Source of the DNA: Podarcis erhardii
Taxonomy: Eukaryota
Direction: 5' to 3' (one strand)
Assembly (NCBI GenBank): GCA_964252035.1
Contig: OZ176211.1
DNA: 64,000 nucleotides
The notes beneath the pieces were generated by a model. It did not search any database. It had not been told where the DNA came from and saw only the letters and a program-made list of their open reading frames with translations. The position numbers and the translations under genes were made by a program. Shown here piece by piece: positions 1 to 12,070 of the stretch; position 1 is the first letter of the stretch; the number at the start of each line of letters is the position of its first letter.

Positions 1-272
1 TGGCTTGTTTGCTTCAGATAAACTTTGAGTGGTAAACTAAAAATAATCTTTGGTTTATTGGCTTGTGGTTTTTGTTTGGAGCGAAACAAAGCACAAGTCT
101 GGGTCTGGGTGTAGTGCTAGCTCAGAGTAGCAGAGCTCCAACAGGACTGGGGGAGCTTTGCTCCAGCAGTCTACTTGTTCAACCTAAGCCATGGTTTGGC
201 ATAGCGTCAAGTTAGAATTGGGTCACTGAATGCTTGGCTATGGCATTTCTAAGTTTTCCTAGTAGATTCTAG

Positions 273-626
273 GGACATGGGTGGTGCTGTGGGTTAAACC
301 ACAGAGCCTAGGACTTGCCGACCAGAAGGTCAGCAGTTCAAATCCCCGTGACGGGGTGAGCTCCCGTTGCTCGGTCCCTGGTCCTGCCAACCTAGCAGTT
401 CAAAAGCACGTCCAAGTGCAAGTAGATCAATAGGTATCGCTCTGGCTGGAAGGTAAACGGCATTTCCATGCGCTGCTCTGGTTTGCCAGAAGCAGCTTAG
501 TCATTCTGGCCACATGACCTGGAAGCTGTATGCCGGCTCCCTCGGCCAATAAAGCGAGATGAGCGCTGCAACCCCAGAGTCAGCCACAACTGGACCTAAT
601 AGTCAGGGGTCCCTTTACCTTTATCT
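273..626 (+). mobile_element. Full-length Sauria-type SINE
   Basis: tRNA-like head (gggacatgggtggtgctgtgggttaaacc...ttcaaatcccc), typical body and ACCTTT-type tail. Direct repeat TAGTAGATTCTAG(G) at 260-273 and 627-640 is the TSD. Confidence 0.9.
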
Positions 627-2365
627 TAGTAGATTCTAGGCTGTTCTCTGTAGCAGATTTTTTTAAAAAAACCAGAAAGTTACCACTGACACTTTACAGC
701 TCTCTAGGAAAGATTTGTGCATGTAAAATGCCGTGATCCTTTATTCTTTCTATTCCTTAATTTTCTGAGAAATCTTGCATTGGCAATGACGTCTAGCTAT
801 TACCTTTTTGACCAACTGTATTTTGGATGGCTTCCTGCTCAGTGTTGACTGTGAATTGCTCCATTAACTGTAATAAGACTAATTTTGCTTTTAAGTTAGG
901 CAAATTCTTGATCAATTTTGTCAGTGGCAAAAAAGTAATGAGTTGCATCAAACAAAAGCAATTTTGGATCCTGTTACATTTAGATTTGAGGGAGTCTGGC
1001 ATACTCTTTATGAATTAAGATAACTCTAAGGTCATCTGTTCACAGGAAAAGGATTGAGAATTTAATTCTAAATACAGATAATGATAAGGGGGCCTAATTC
1101 TTTTAATGCACCTTCTAAAAAAGTGGAAAATAGGTAATTAACCCACCTCTGGCGTCACTTCACCTCTTAAGCTGTTCATCTGAATATCTTCTTCCCTCTC
1201 CCACATTGGAGAAAGACTTCAGTTTTTTATTTCAGTTTTAATTTCTTACTCACATTTCACCATGAGGTCCCAGGACAGGTTATAGCAATTAAAAACTACA
1301 ACACTGAAACTATTTAAAACAAATTATAGTCACAAAGATAGGGTGGAGCTGAAAAATATGTATCTTGGGTCTCAGAGGCTAGGGGCATTTGCCAGAAGCA
1401 TCTCTGGGGAGCCAATTTCACAGCTTATGGGCTGCCGCAGAGAGTTCCCCCTCCTGGGACACCATCACCTTAAACTACCAAGAGTCCTTCTCCCCAGGGG
1501 GGTCTGAAGGGAAGGAGGTGGTATTTTCAGATATTGGGGAGCTAAATTATTTAGAGTTTGAACCCCAAAATGAGCACCTGGAAAATGACCTGGAAACTAA
1601 CTGGCAACCATTAGTTGCATCAGTAATATAGCTGCTACATTTTGAACTAGGTGAAGTTTCCGAGTCAGAAGGAGCAGCCAACGTTTTTGGGTAGCAGATT
1701 CCAGAAATGTAAATCGCAGCTTGATGATCAAGTAATGTATCAAGTCCAGTCATTGAGATATTTGAGTTTTATATTGAACAACTGGTTCGCCTAGAAACAA
1801 CAGCAACTTTTTAAACACCAATTTGTCAGTTTCCAAAAAATTACTTAGCAAAGAATGACAACTGGAGATCATTGTATTGAAGATTTTGTCTTAGTTCAGT
1901 TATTCCATGAGGCCAAGCTCTGGAGAGATGGCCAAAATCTCATTTGGAAATTTGCAGGGTGAACTTTTGAGGGGGGAAAGTAGGACATATCTGCTGTTCT
2001 CGGAGCTAAACTTGGGATGCCATCTATCGCAACCAGAGTTGAAAATAAGTTAAATGGATGGTAACATCCTTTCAAGCTACGCCAGATGGAAAATGAAGGG
2101 TGGAGTGCTGGGCACAGAAATGTCAAAATAAACTGGCAATTGTAACTGTTGATGGGTTTTTGGTGTTAGGCCATTCATTGTTGTGACCTGACGGAATGGG
2201 TTTCTGGCAGTGATGCCCACAAACATAGTTATGGCTATGAATAGCATGTATTTCTTGTGGTGATGTTGCAAGTTTAAGAAAGATCACATCAGGGCACATT
2301 ACCTTCAAATACTGACCTTCCTTATGTTGGCCTTTTATGGATTTTAAGTAAAATCATAGTAGATA

Positions 2366-2591
2366 CAGTGGTACCTTGGGTTACAAATACTTCGGGTTAC
2401 GGACTCCGCTAACCTGGAAGTAGTACCTCGGGTTAAGAACTTTGCCCCAGGATGAGAACAGAAATCGTGTTCCGGCGGCGCGGTGGCAGCAGGAGGTCCC
2501 ATTAGCTAAAGTGGTACCTCAGGTTAAGAACCGTTTCAGGTTAAGAATGGACCTTCGGAACGAATTAAGTTTGTAACCAGAGGTACCACTT
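2366..2591. mobile_element. Tc1/mariner-pogo (Tigger-like) MITE, family A
   Basis: TA-flanked, with terminal inverted repeats (TIRs) CAGTGGTACCT...AGGTACCACT. The same family occurs in opposite orientation at 61885-62110. Confidence 0.85.
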
Positions 2592-3083
2592 TATATTGAA
2601 GGGATGACTACTGTAGGAGTGAAAATGTTTGTTGTTGTTGTTGCAGCTAAATCGAATATACTACTAATTACTTTATTTATTTTACCCATTATATGTCGAT
2701 CCATTGAAAAAATCTGGTTGCCTGTTCTGTCTCACAAGATGCTGTGATTGAGATACTAAGAATAAATTGTTTTATATAACTTACATGGTGGTGGTGTTTG
2801 TACCAAATGTGTTCCCCCACAAACTAATTATTTTAATGATTGAGCATAATTGATTAGCATATGTAGCCATCATGACTGATACAAATTTTTCATTACATTT
2901 TAAATTTCAATTTAATCATGGTCAGTTATACTGCTTTTAGCATATAGTAGAGCTCTTGATGAGTTAGTCTATCTACAAGTACTTTGGTGTTCAAAAGAAA
3001 GGCACAGTGTTTTGCTCCTCCTAGTTTCAATATCTCTGGTTTGTAAAGATAATTGAAAGCTCCTCTATACTGAGTCAGACCAT

Positions 3084-3230
3084 TTGCCAAGCCAGCTCAG
3101 TATTGCCCACGTTGACTGGTTGCAGCTCTCCAGCATTTTGGACAAGGGTCTCTCCCACCCCTACCTAGAGACGCTGGGGTTTGAACCTGGGACCTTCTGT
3201 GTTCCGGACAGATACTCTGCTAATGGCCTT
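3084..3230 (-). mobile_element. Degenerate tRNA-derived SINE (Squam3-like)
   Basis: The reverse complement resembles the copies at 52637 and 58384 (B-box ggttcaaacccc, 3' gcaaccagtcaacgtgggcaatactgagctgg). Confidence 0.55.
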
Positions 3231-3393
3231 TCCCTTTATGTAGCAGAGCCAGGAAGGACTTCTGCTGGAGACTTTTGAGCAGCATAGGCTGGCCCATTAG
3301 GGTGCTGCCCTATCAACTGCAGTCTGCCCTCAAGCAGCCTTGGCCTACCTACCTTCTTATTACAACCACTCTACAGGGTGGGACTGGCAGTTA

Positions 3394-3694
3394 CAGTGGT
3401 GCCCCGCAAGACGAATGCATCGCAAGACGAAAAACTCGCTAGACGAAAGAATTTTCCATCTTTTGAGGTGCTTCGCATGACGAATTTCCCTATGGGCTTG
3501 CTTCGCAAGACAAAACGTCTTGCGAGTTCTTGCGAGTTTCCCGCTTCCCCCCTTTTGCTAAGCCGCTAATAGCCGCTAAACCGCTAATAGCGCTAATCCG
3601 CTAAGCTGCTAATAGCCGTGCTTCGCAAGACGAAAAAACCGCAAGACGAAGAGACTCGCGGAACGGATTAATTTCGTCTTGCGAGGCACCACTG
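3394..3694. mobile_element. Tigger-like MITE, family D, with internal AGCCGCTAA minisatellite
   Basis: TA TSD, TIRs CAGTGGTGCC(C/T)CGCAAGACGAA, repeated CGCAAGACGA subterminal motifs. Related copies start at 28536, 31857 and 56421. Confidence 0.9.
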
Positions 3695-4693
3695 TAGCTT
3701 CTTCCTCCTTAGCGCTCAGTTCAGTGTTGCCAACAGGGAGGAGGGAGGAGGCAAAGCTAGAATTAGTCAGCTCCGCCAATCATTTGGCTCTGGCGCCACC
3801 TACTGTTGGCCTCCCTGCTTTCCAGCCCACCAGTGCCAGTGGACGCCAGCCGCCATTGCCTTTTAAAACTGTTTCTAGTTAGAGTAAACAGTACTGAGCT
3901 AGACTAACGGTTTGACTCGGTTTCAGGTACTGTCATACGTTGCAATGGCAGGGGGAGAATTTGAACCCAGACTGATTATGTGGCCTTTATTTTACCCACC
4001 AGGTTTGTTTTGTGTGTTAAATTGGACTCTAGTCAGTATATAGGTAAAAAGCTCTTGCTATTCCCAGTTGTGTCTTCAAACTCAGGCCATATTGTTCTCA
4101 GTGGAGTCCTTCTGAAACCATATCTTTTTTCTTTCTTTCTCATCGATTGTTTTACATTAAACTGAAAGACAACTTTTAGGACTGATAGTATAAAAAGGGC
4201 ACGTTTGGTTTTGCAAAATTGCTCTTGCCCAGGGGAAGCATTGGTTAGTAAATAAAGCTTTAATTAACATCATCCATCACCATGAAGGGTGAGATATTAA
4301 TTCCTGTACTTGTGCTTGTATATTTTGATGGCTCTGCACTGAAGTGCATGCAGATAACTCCTTTGAGGAGGCAGATGTACATTTTTAGATTTTTGAGGCT
4401 GAATATAATTAGACTTTACAAAAGTAGCAGTCTCTTTTTCCTATTTAGCGGGAAGAATTGTTGAATAGTAATGTATATCTTTTGTCATCTACTTGGCAAA
4501 ACAGGAAGTGGACTAATGAAAACTTTGTGTTATTGTTTCATTGACTAATACTTAGCTGCTAGTATGTACCTTTGAACTTTTGGGGACTGACTTCTGAGTG
4601 AAGTTTCAAAAGATTGTGCTACTCATTAATGCTCAAAGAAGCATTCTTAAATTAAGAATTCAGGTAGGTAGCCGTGTTGGTCTGACACAGTAG

Positions 4694-4695
<2 letters not shown>

Positions 4696-4739
<44 letters not shown>
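4696..4739. repeat. (AT)n microsatellite inside the Penelope-like repeat
   Basis: About 22 uninterrupted AT units, read directly. Confidence 0.95.
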
Positions 4740-4742
<3 letters not shown>

Positions 4743-4778
4743 CCAGTAGCACCTTAGAGACCAACTAAGTTTGTTCTT

Positions 4779-4817
4779 GGTATGAGCTTTCGTGTGCATG
4801 CACACTTCTTCAGATAC
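4779..4817 (-). ncRNA. Minimal type I hammerhead ribozyme motif (intact)
   Basis: The minus strand reads GTAT CTGAAGA A GTGTGCATGCACAC GAAA GC TC ATACC: catalytic core, helix II, palindromic helix III (AGCU) and helix I GTAT/ATAC. Confidence 0.75.
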
Positions 4818-4837
4818 TGTATAATTCTTCTTCTTCA

Positions 4838-4877
4838 GGTATCTGAAGAAGTGTACATGCACATGAAAGCTCATACC
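4838..4877 (+). ncRNA. Minimal type I hammerhead ribozyme motif (helix II slightly degenerate)
   Basis: GGTAT CTGAAGA A GTGTACATGCACAT GAAA GC TC ATACC. Helix I is GGTAT/ATACC and cleavage is predicted after C4872. Confidence 0.65.
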
Positions 4878-6303
4878 AAGAATAAACTTAGTTGGTCTCT
4901 AAGGTGCTACTGGACAATTTTTAAAAAATGTATATATATTTAAATTAAGAAGCTTGAGTTCTTTGTATTTTCCTGATGTGCTTGTTTAATTATCAAGATT
5001 CGTTAACTTTCCACAAATTTCTGTTACCTTTTTGCTCTGGCTATTAAGCTGTTGTTTGTTTGTAAGGTTGTGGTATGAAATACTGACCGTATGCACATTT
5101 ATAACAGCTTGTTTCCACAGCAATGAGCTTTAATCTTTTTTTTATGGCTAGTTTATGTGCCAGTTGAATATGGCCCTAGTTTTATGGATTTATTAAGGTA
5201 GAATTTTCTTTGACTTCCAGGAACCTTAAAAGAATTCTCAGTTCTCATGTAACCTTAAATAGGTTACTGCATTCTCTGGTATAAGTCAGAGAAAACCTAC
5301 ATTATGAATTCTTACTCCAAGAGTTTGTAGAAGTTGCTGAATATTTCTTCTGGGCTATACGACTGGGAGATACAAAAGGAAAGTAGTGGTTGTTGTAATT
5401 TAGAAACACTTCATTACAAGAAACATTAGGATAGGAGTTTAAAGATGATCGCTGCAAAATGGTGTAGGGTGTGTGTGTGTGTGTGAAGTCTGACTCGCTG
5501 TAGAAGCTCCAGCAGAAAACTAGCTGCTGTCCTCACTACTAATTAATAAAAATGCTATGTTGGTTGCAAGATAAAAATTAGGTATAAAAGGAGAATTCCA
5601 AAATCCAAGTTTGAGACAAGTACTCTTTGGTGAGGACCCTAGCAGAGATTTAAAATCACTAAATTACTGATATAGGAACTCAAGAGTGGCTTGTAAGAGC
5701 CATGCTGTCCTGAACTGGAGCAGCCAGCTCAGATCTCCTCACACATTCAGCTTCTCAGGTAGAATGAAGGGGAACAAGGTCTTGATTACCTAGTCTCTCT
5801 TAAGGTGAGCTAAGCCTGGCAGGACAGCTTACTCTATGGCACAACCCCTTCCTTCATGCATTAATTAAACATGTTGGTTATATGAGGCTGGTTATCCCAC
5901 AAAAGCTTGTCTCATGCTGTTGAACCCAAACTTATTAGAAGGAATCTTTCATATTAACATTCATCTGTGTAATTCAGTGTGAGTGGAGGCCTGCTGCCTT
6001 AAAATAAGAACCCTGGGAAATGTAGGGTGTGGACACATAACTTGAGTGACCCAAACTCAAGTGGATTTATATACTTGGAATCTCAAGTGGATTTATATAG
6101 GAATCTAGTTTGTGAGACCAGTAGTTGGCTCAACTTGCATCTCAGTTATTTTCAGTATGGTTGAGTGGATTAGCAATTTCTATCTCAGGTGAGTTCAGTA
6201 ATCTGTCTGGGCCTCCGCTGTTAGGTTTTATTTTTTGTGACTTCTTGGATTTTACCACTTGTTTCACAATGTATGTTAAAGAAAGATGGCTTCATATTCC
6301 TAG

Positions 6304-6307
<4 letters not shown>

Positions 6308-6351
<44 letters not shown>
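6308..6351. repeat. (GT)n microsatellite
   Basis: Read directly. It explains the CVCVCV ORFs. Confidence 0.95.
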
Positions 6352-6352
<1 letters not shown>

Positions 6353-7579
6353 TACAAATACTGCTAAACGTGGAAAGGAGCTCTTCATCAAGTTTGTTCC
6401 TGTGGCCAGTGGTGAAAATTACATACTCCAAAAGCCTTTGTAACGTACCAGTCAATGATCTGTCTACCTCCTTTCTCATTACAAGGAGTGATACAGTACA
6501 AAAGCTGCTGAGACTTGATGCTTTTTCAACCTGAATGGCACCTGTAAACCTGACAGTTGCTCAAAGGTCCTTCTTGTTTTCCTGCTCAATGAAGGAGAAA
6601 ATGAAAGAAGGAAATGTCACTCTTTTGAAAGTGGGAAACACTTGAGACAGAAAATCTCCCCCACCTCATTTTTGTGTGTTTTTTAAAGGCACAAATGCTA
6701 GCTGTATAATGAAAGGCTTTTTGCAACGCCTACTTGCTTTTTGCTATCTCAAAAGTAAAAACCTTTCTCAGTGTATTGTAGAAGCATGGAACGATACCCT
6801 AAAGAAGCAAAATGTCATTAAGGGTCAGGCAGTCAGTATATGTCCTCGACATATTGGGTCAATGGGTTATGTTTGTTCAGGAATTTTATGTCTCTGGATG
6901 CTAGAAGCCTGCCTTTGTTCTTTTCTTACTCTATATCAAATCAATTTGTCACTTTGGAGCACTGTTGCTTGGACTGCACTGAATGTTCTCCTCTTTCAGT
7001 TTGGGTGGGGGGGTCAAAAGCTTGCTTTCAGAGGACCAATATACTTCTTGAAAGAATCCTAAATTCTGTGGATGTTAATCTCCTCTCCCCCCACCCGCCC
7101 CATATGTTTTACTCCCATTGCTCTGCTGCTATTCTGGCAACTCCTCCCATCCACACACCATATTGCCATCACCTTCTGTTAGTCACATGGGCAATCCTAA
7201 TCCCAACTCATCATAAATAGGACGATTTCATAGCCAATGAGATCCGGCTACATGCTGATGTCACTGAAGACAGACTAAGCCATTAACCTCAATCCCAATA
7301 GATGGACACTTTTGCCTCCTTTCAATACAGCCATAAAAAATACTGAGAGCGGGGGGGGGGGGGGGGCTTTTCAATGCTGGTGAAAATATCCACGAACAGT
7401 TGGGTGCTCTGATTTAATGTAGTTCATTTGCCACTGTCTTCTTGACACATCTATGGCTTTAAAATTGCAAAACTGCTGTACCCCAAGCAAAGCAGACCTT
7501 TGGAAAGTTTGTTTTCCATCACAGTCCTTGTATGCTGGGGGGAGGTGTTTGTTCGCCTCAGAACATTGGTATCACTTTA

Positions 7580-8104
7580 ACTTACTGCGTTCCATCATAC
7601 CTCTCCGCCCTTTCGACTGTTGCCCATAGACTGGCCTTCACCAAAGCGAGGTTCAACGTTTTTCCCTCCAACGTCCTGAGACATAGATTCTCAAAGGGCC
7701 AAGCCCCCGCCATGTGCGAATGTGATAAGGAGACACCAGAGTCGCTCCAGCACATTATGTTCACTTGCCCCCTGTTCAATGTGCCACGGGCAAATTTGTT
7801 GGGATCAATCATACAGAAACTAGAGGGTTCCCCACCAAAATTCCACCTTGCCCAAATCTTGCAGGATAAGGATACTCATACGACCCTGAAAGTGGCAAGG
7901 TTCCTGGTCGCTGTCCTTACCCAAAAGCGACGCCAAGGAGCACTACAAGCTAACTAAGGCGTAGTATGCCATTATATCCTATAGTATTTTATTGTTATAG
8001 TGGTGTTTTAGCGGCTGTTTTTCCCACGTGCACAAGTTGTTATTTATGTGTCGTTTTTACCTGTATGGGCCTGTGGCCGTAAATAAAATTACTGTATTAC
8101 TGTA
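7580..8104 (+). mobile_element. 5'-truncated non-LTR retrotransposon 3' end (RTE-X-like, tentative)
   Basis: Open frame YLSAL...RLAFTKARFNVFPS...CECDKETPESLQHIMFTCP (C-terminal CCHC knuckle), stop at 7957, T-rich 3' UTR, then ggccgtaAATAAA and a (TTACTGTA)n tail. The 5' boundary is approximate. Confidence 0.65.
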
Positions 8105-9330
8105 CAACAGTGGGACACTCAAGACGGCCCTGCAATGCAAATTGAGAGGAGTTGGGTGAAGTTGGTAGGAAAGGCTAACATGCCAATTCTTTTCCACAAT
8201 CCAAGCACATGCTACAGTCTCCGTTGTGAGGGGTGGGGGGTAAGAAAGTAGCCCACACTGCCATTTGGAACAGTCCCACTTGCAGCATCTGAATTCGCCG
8301 CAGGTAAAAATAGCCCACTTTAAATTTTAGTTTTAATACATTATTCCAGTCATCACACACTTGTTCCTCAGTGTAATTTGAAGCAGCCAATAAATTGAAG
8401 GTCAAAATTGTAATTCTGGTCATGGAGAATCATATCAAAGAAATTGGTTTTTTAAAAGAATTTCAATCTTCTGTTTCTTTGTTTCATAATGGATTTTCAA
8501 TTTTTCTTTTTAAATGCCTTTGTTATGCATTAGCAGTCAAAAAATTATTGTGCGGTGATTTGTTGCTCACTCGAAAGGTGTTTCACTCATGAACCACATT
8601 TCACTTTTAATTTATAAATAGGTTTCTGGCTTAAAAGTTTACTGATGTGGAATAGACAGAGTTGTCTTTGAGCTCAAACTGCTTGGCCTGCTTCTCCACA
8701 GTAACAACCCCCTTGACCCAAACACCTTGTTTGTTTGTTATTCTCCTCTTGATGTCTTATTCTTTAATGTTGTTCTTATAGGGCACAGCTTTCCATCTTT
8801 TTAATGTTCAGGGGAGACAGCACATCAATGCATTTTATGAGGTGCTTGCTGTAATATAAATACTTTGACAAAGTGCAGTTGTTAAGAGAAGGTGCACATA
8901 TTTTACGACTGAAGAAAATTCTGGACGTTAAAAACATTTAGATCTTCAGGTCCATTTATTGTTGTTGCAAATCTGCAGAGTTTTGCTTGGTTTGCAAGAT
9001 TTCACTTCATTGATGCTAGAGGGTATCCCTGTGTTTTAGTACTTGGTGTCTTAAGTTTTGCACTAGCATATGCCATTGTTTGCTTAGTGGAACTAGTATT
9101 CAGCTGGTAGAACTATGCCATCCATAGGCAGCATTGGGAATAAGATCTCGCCTCTTCCATTTTTATAATCACTCTGCCTCTCCCTGTAGGGTTCCCAAAT
9201 GTCGCTGGCACTTTATCCCTGTTTTTGAAATGTGGTTAGTAGATTGGCCACTTGGTGAAACTCTGATCACATTCTCACTCATGACAAAGTGAAATAACGC
9301 ACAGATGACCACACAAATAAGTAGCGGCTA

Positions 9331-9507
9331 CAATGCTTTTTTCTGGGGGGGGGGGCGCAGGGGTACGCATACACCTAAACATTTTGTGAATCTTTGTACT
9401 TTTGTCCATTTCCTGTATTTATTTTTCCCGATTTGAACTATAAAATGGTGATTTTCTTGAGTCAAAGTGAGAGTACCTATAAAAATTATTTTAGAAAAAA
9501 AGCACTG
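9331..9507. mobile_element. hAT MITE with CAGTGCTTTTTTCT TIRs
   Basis: Perfect 8-bp TSD AGCGGCTA at 9323-9330 and 9508-9515. Sibling copy at 22211-22357. Confidence 0.9.
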
Positions 9508-10673
9508 AGCGGCTATATCCTGCATTCATTGATGTATTTCACTGTAGAAATTCAACGGGAGTTTGAAGTATAGTGAGATGAGCTGTCCAAAGAAAACGTT
9601 GTTGTTTGTTTGTTTTAAAAAAGAAACCCATTGAGCTAGTGCAGGTGATTGTAACTTTAAACAGCCATTTGAATCCCAGCCTCAGTCATTCTGTATAATC
9701 AAAATAGTGGTTGAAATATTTATCTGCTTGACACCTGCTATCCAGTAGTGTATCTAGAAAATAGACCCTCTTGGAGCTTTAAATATGATCTAGGTTTCTA
9801 TTTTATTGTGGATGTGGACAGAAAATTACTTTATCAAAACTTACTATGCTGTAAATCATTCAGATTAATTTTGGGGTTATATATCCCTGTTCCAAATACC
9901 GCGAGAGAGCGTTATTTATTTGTTGCCCATGTTTCTTTTCCCTCTAATCTTGGGGGTTTCATATAACTTACTTATAGTAATTGATTCTTTCCTAAAACTT
10001 TGTGCATTTTATTTGCTTGGAGCAACGAGAAACCCACAGAGAATTCTAGTACATGATGAATCTCTTCCGCTGTGAGGGATGAATGTATTCCAGTCAGGTT
10101 TCTTTTTTAGGTAGTCATTTGAATAACATGAAGGTGAGGCTTCATCAGAAACAGACTTCCCTGCTGAACAAAGCCAGAAGGCCATTGCTTTAAAAAACAC
10201 CCCCCCAACCCCCCCCCACATTTTTGTGTATATATGCAGTGTTTGCGAGATTTAACAAAATCATAGCTTAGTAAATGGATTCCTCGATTATCCACAAAAC
10301 AGCTGCAGGGTTGAAGGTGAGTAGTATAAAGTTCCTGAATGAACACGTTAATTTTGCTACCCTTGAGGACGAAGAGCTGTCTTATTAATTATGCTTCTCA
10401 AATCTCAGGCTTCCTGGTCTTTAGAAGCCCATTGAAGTGTGTGGGTTCTCGTGGTCAGATTATCTGCCTCCTGGATTCTTAAATTTCAGCAATAGCGTGG
10501 TTTAGTCCCCAGAGGACCCTGTGTTTCAGCTGGATTTCAACTAGATAGAAACGAGACGTGCCAGTTTCTGTTGCCTGAATACCTTAGGCTGTGTTCATCA
10601 TGTTTCAATAACTCTGATGCCTGTCTTGCTTTCCTTATTTCCTTCCTCCCTCTCTCCCCCATACCCCCTGCAG

Positions 10674-10822
10674 GAGGTCTCCTCGGATGCCGCTGGAACG
10701 CTGACTGCTGTTGAAGAAAGAAAGGAAAAGGTTCCAACCCCCCATCTCAGCCACCTTGTCGTCTTGACATCAGGCAGCACTTTATATGGCTTGGCAGAGA
10801 GAGTGGTCGCCACAGAATCCTT
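10674..10822 (+). CDS. VPS50: VPS50 (syndetin, EARP subunit) internal exon EVSSD...VVATES(L)
   Basis: Polypyrimidine tract and CAG acceptor, GTGCGT donor, 149 nt. The peptide [37 protein letters not shown] matches vertebrate VPS50. Confidence 0.95.
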
Positions 10823-11832
10823 GTGCGTTGACTGTCAAACCGTGTTTCTTTCTAATTATTACGATGGACACTTGCAGATTAGTTTTTAGATTCATCCTCC
10901 AATTGTTGAACCACTTCAAGTGGGGTCTTCGTGGCATTAGCTTTCTGTCATTGGCTATGACGCTTTGTGCATGATAAGAGCATAAATTGCTTGGAGTTTA
11001 GACTATACTAATATATCTTGAATCCCATACTTCTCTGTCTGTGGCGATGCTTAAAATGGATGCAGCTTTTCTGCATCCCTTTGACTTAAAAATGTACCTT
11101 ATTTTTAAGATCAATATTAGATCAGCTCTTTTGGCCCACTGGGTAGCGCTGGACCGCAGCCTCCTGAGAGTGCCACTCCATATCAGACAACATACTCGCC
11201 TGAACTTCCCCAGCTATATTCAGTTGCCTGGTTGTGTTGCCAACTGCTTTGTTTCACCGTGTTCTGTTGTTTACATTTTTGTCTGTGTTCGTGCTCAGCA
11301 AACGGAGCATTTTAATTCAGAAATCATTTGTTATCACTTTGTAACAGAGACAAAGCGTTGGCGCCATTGGGAGATTTCTTACAGAGATATGTGGTTCGTA
11401 AAATTAGTGAGCAAGAGCTAAAAAAATTGAGCCCCCTAGCCTAAGCCTCCCTAGTCTAGCGTCTTCTTTGTGTCGGGGGCAAACCAGGTCCTTAAGAGAT
11501 AGCCGTGTGCAGGACGCAGAAGGCCTCTCTTGCTGTTGTTCCCTAGCAATTACTATTTGGAAGCATATTACCTCTGAAGCTGGGTGGAGGGTGTTCATAT
11601 GGCCATCATGACTAATAGCCACTGATCGGCTTATGCTTCATGAATTTGACTAATTCCCTTTTAAAGCTGTTAAAGCTAGAAGTCATCACAAAAGATATTG
11701 GGAGTTGCATCTGCAGGATACGACGTAGACAGGGATCTGGTCCAAAAGGCTCTTGTATTATCTTCCGGAGGCAATAACTTTTTCTAATATTTGTACCGAA
11801 GTCACAATGGATTTGTCTTTTTTGTTTCTCAG

Positions 11833-11929
11833 AGTGTTTTTAGCTGAGCAGTTTGAGTTCCTCCAGTCTCATCTTGATGCTGTAATGCCTCCAGCCAAGA
11901 AACCTTTTCTTCAGCAGTTCTATTCGCAG
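11833..11929 (+). CDS. VPS50: VPS50 internal exon (L)[11 protein letters not shown]...QQFYSQ
   Basis: ttctcAG acceptor, GTCAGG donor, 97 nt. Phase-2 junction is in frame with the previous exon. Confidence 0.96.
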
Positions 11930-12070
11930 GTCAGGATTCTGCACACATCCACTGTTTTTATTTTTTTAAGGGTGGAATTCATTGTAATGTGTTGTGCAGT
12001 TTATCTAAAGTTTTCCTGTACCATAGGAAGAAAATGCTGTTAATTACACCAGATTCTCCTTGCGTTCCAG

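Larger units (their letters stand above)
4666..4917. mobile_element. Inverted pair of Penelope-like element terminal repeats
   Basis: Arms 4739-4817 and 4839-4917 are reverse complements with 3 differences and a 21-nt spacer. The terminal aggtagccgtgttggtctg matches the copy at 41850-41868. An inverted truncated repeat is typical of Penelope insertions. Confidence 0.75.

Noticed and set aside
1389-2250. Coding-like stretch that might be a degenerate retroelement ORF1
   Set aside because: Multiple stops in all frames and no motif I can name with confidence.
4818-4844. ttcttcttcttCAG|GTATCT resembling a recursive splice site
   Set aside because: The 5' splice site is weak and the junction is simply the repeat boundary.
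1-10673. Expected upstream VPS50 exon ([27 protein letters not shown])
   Set aside because: Not found by eye. It presumably lies before the window.
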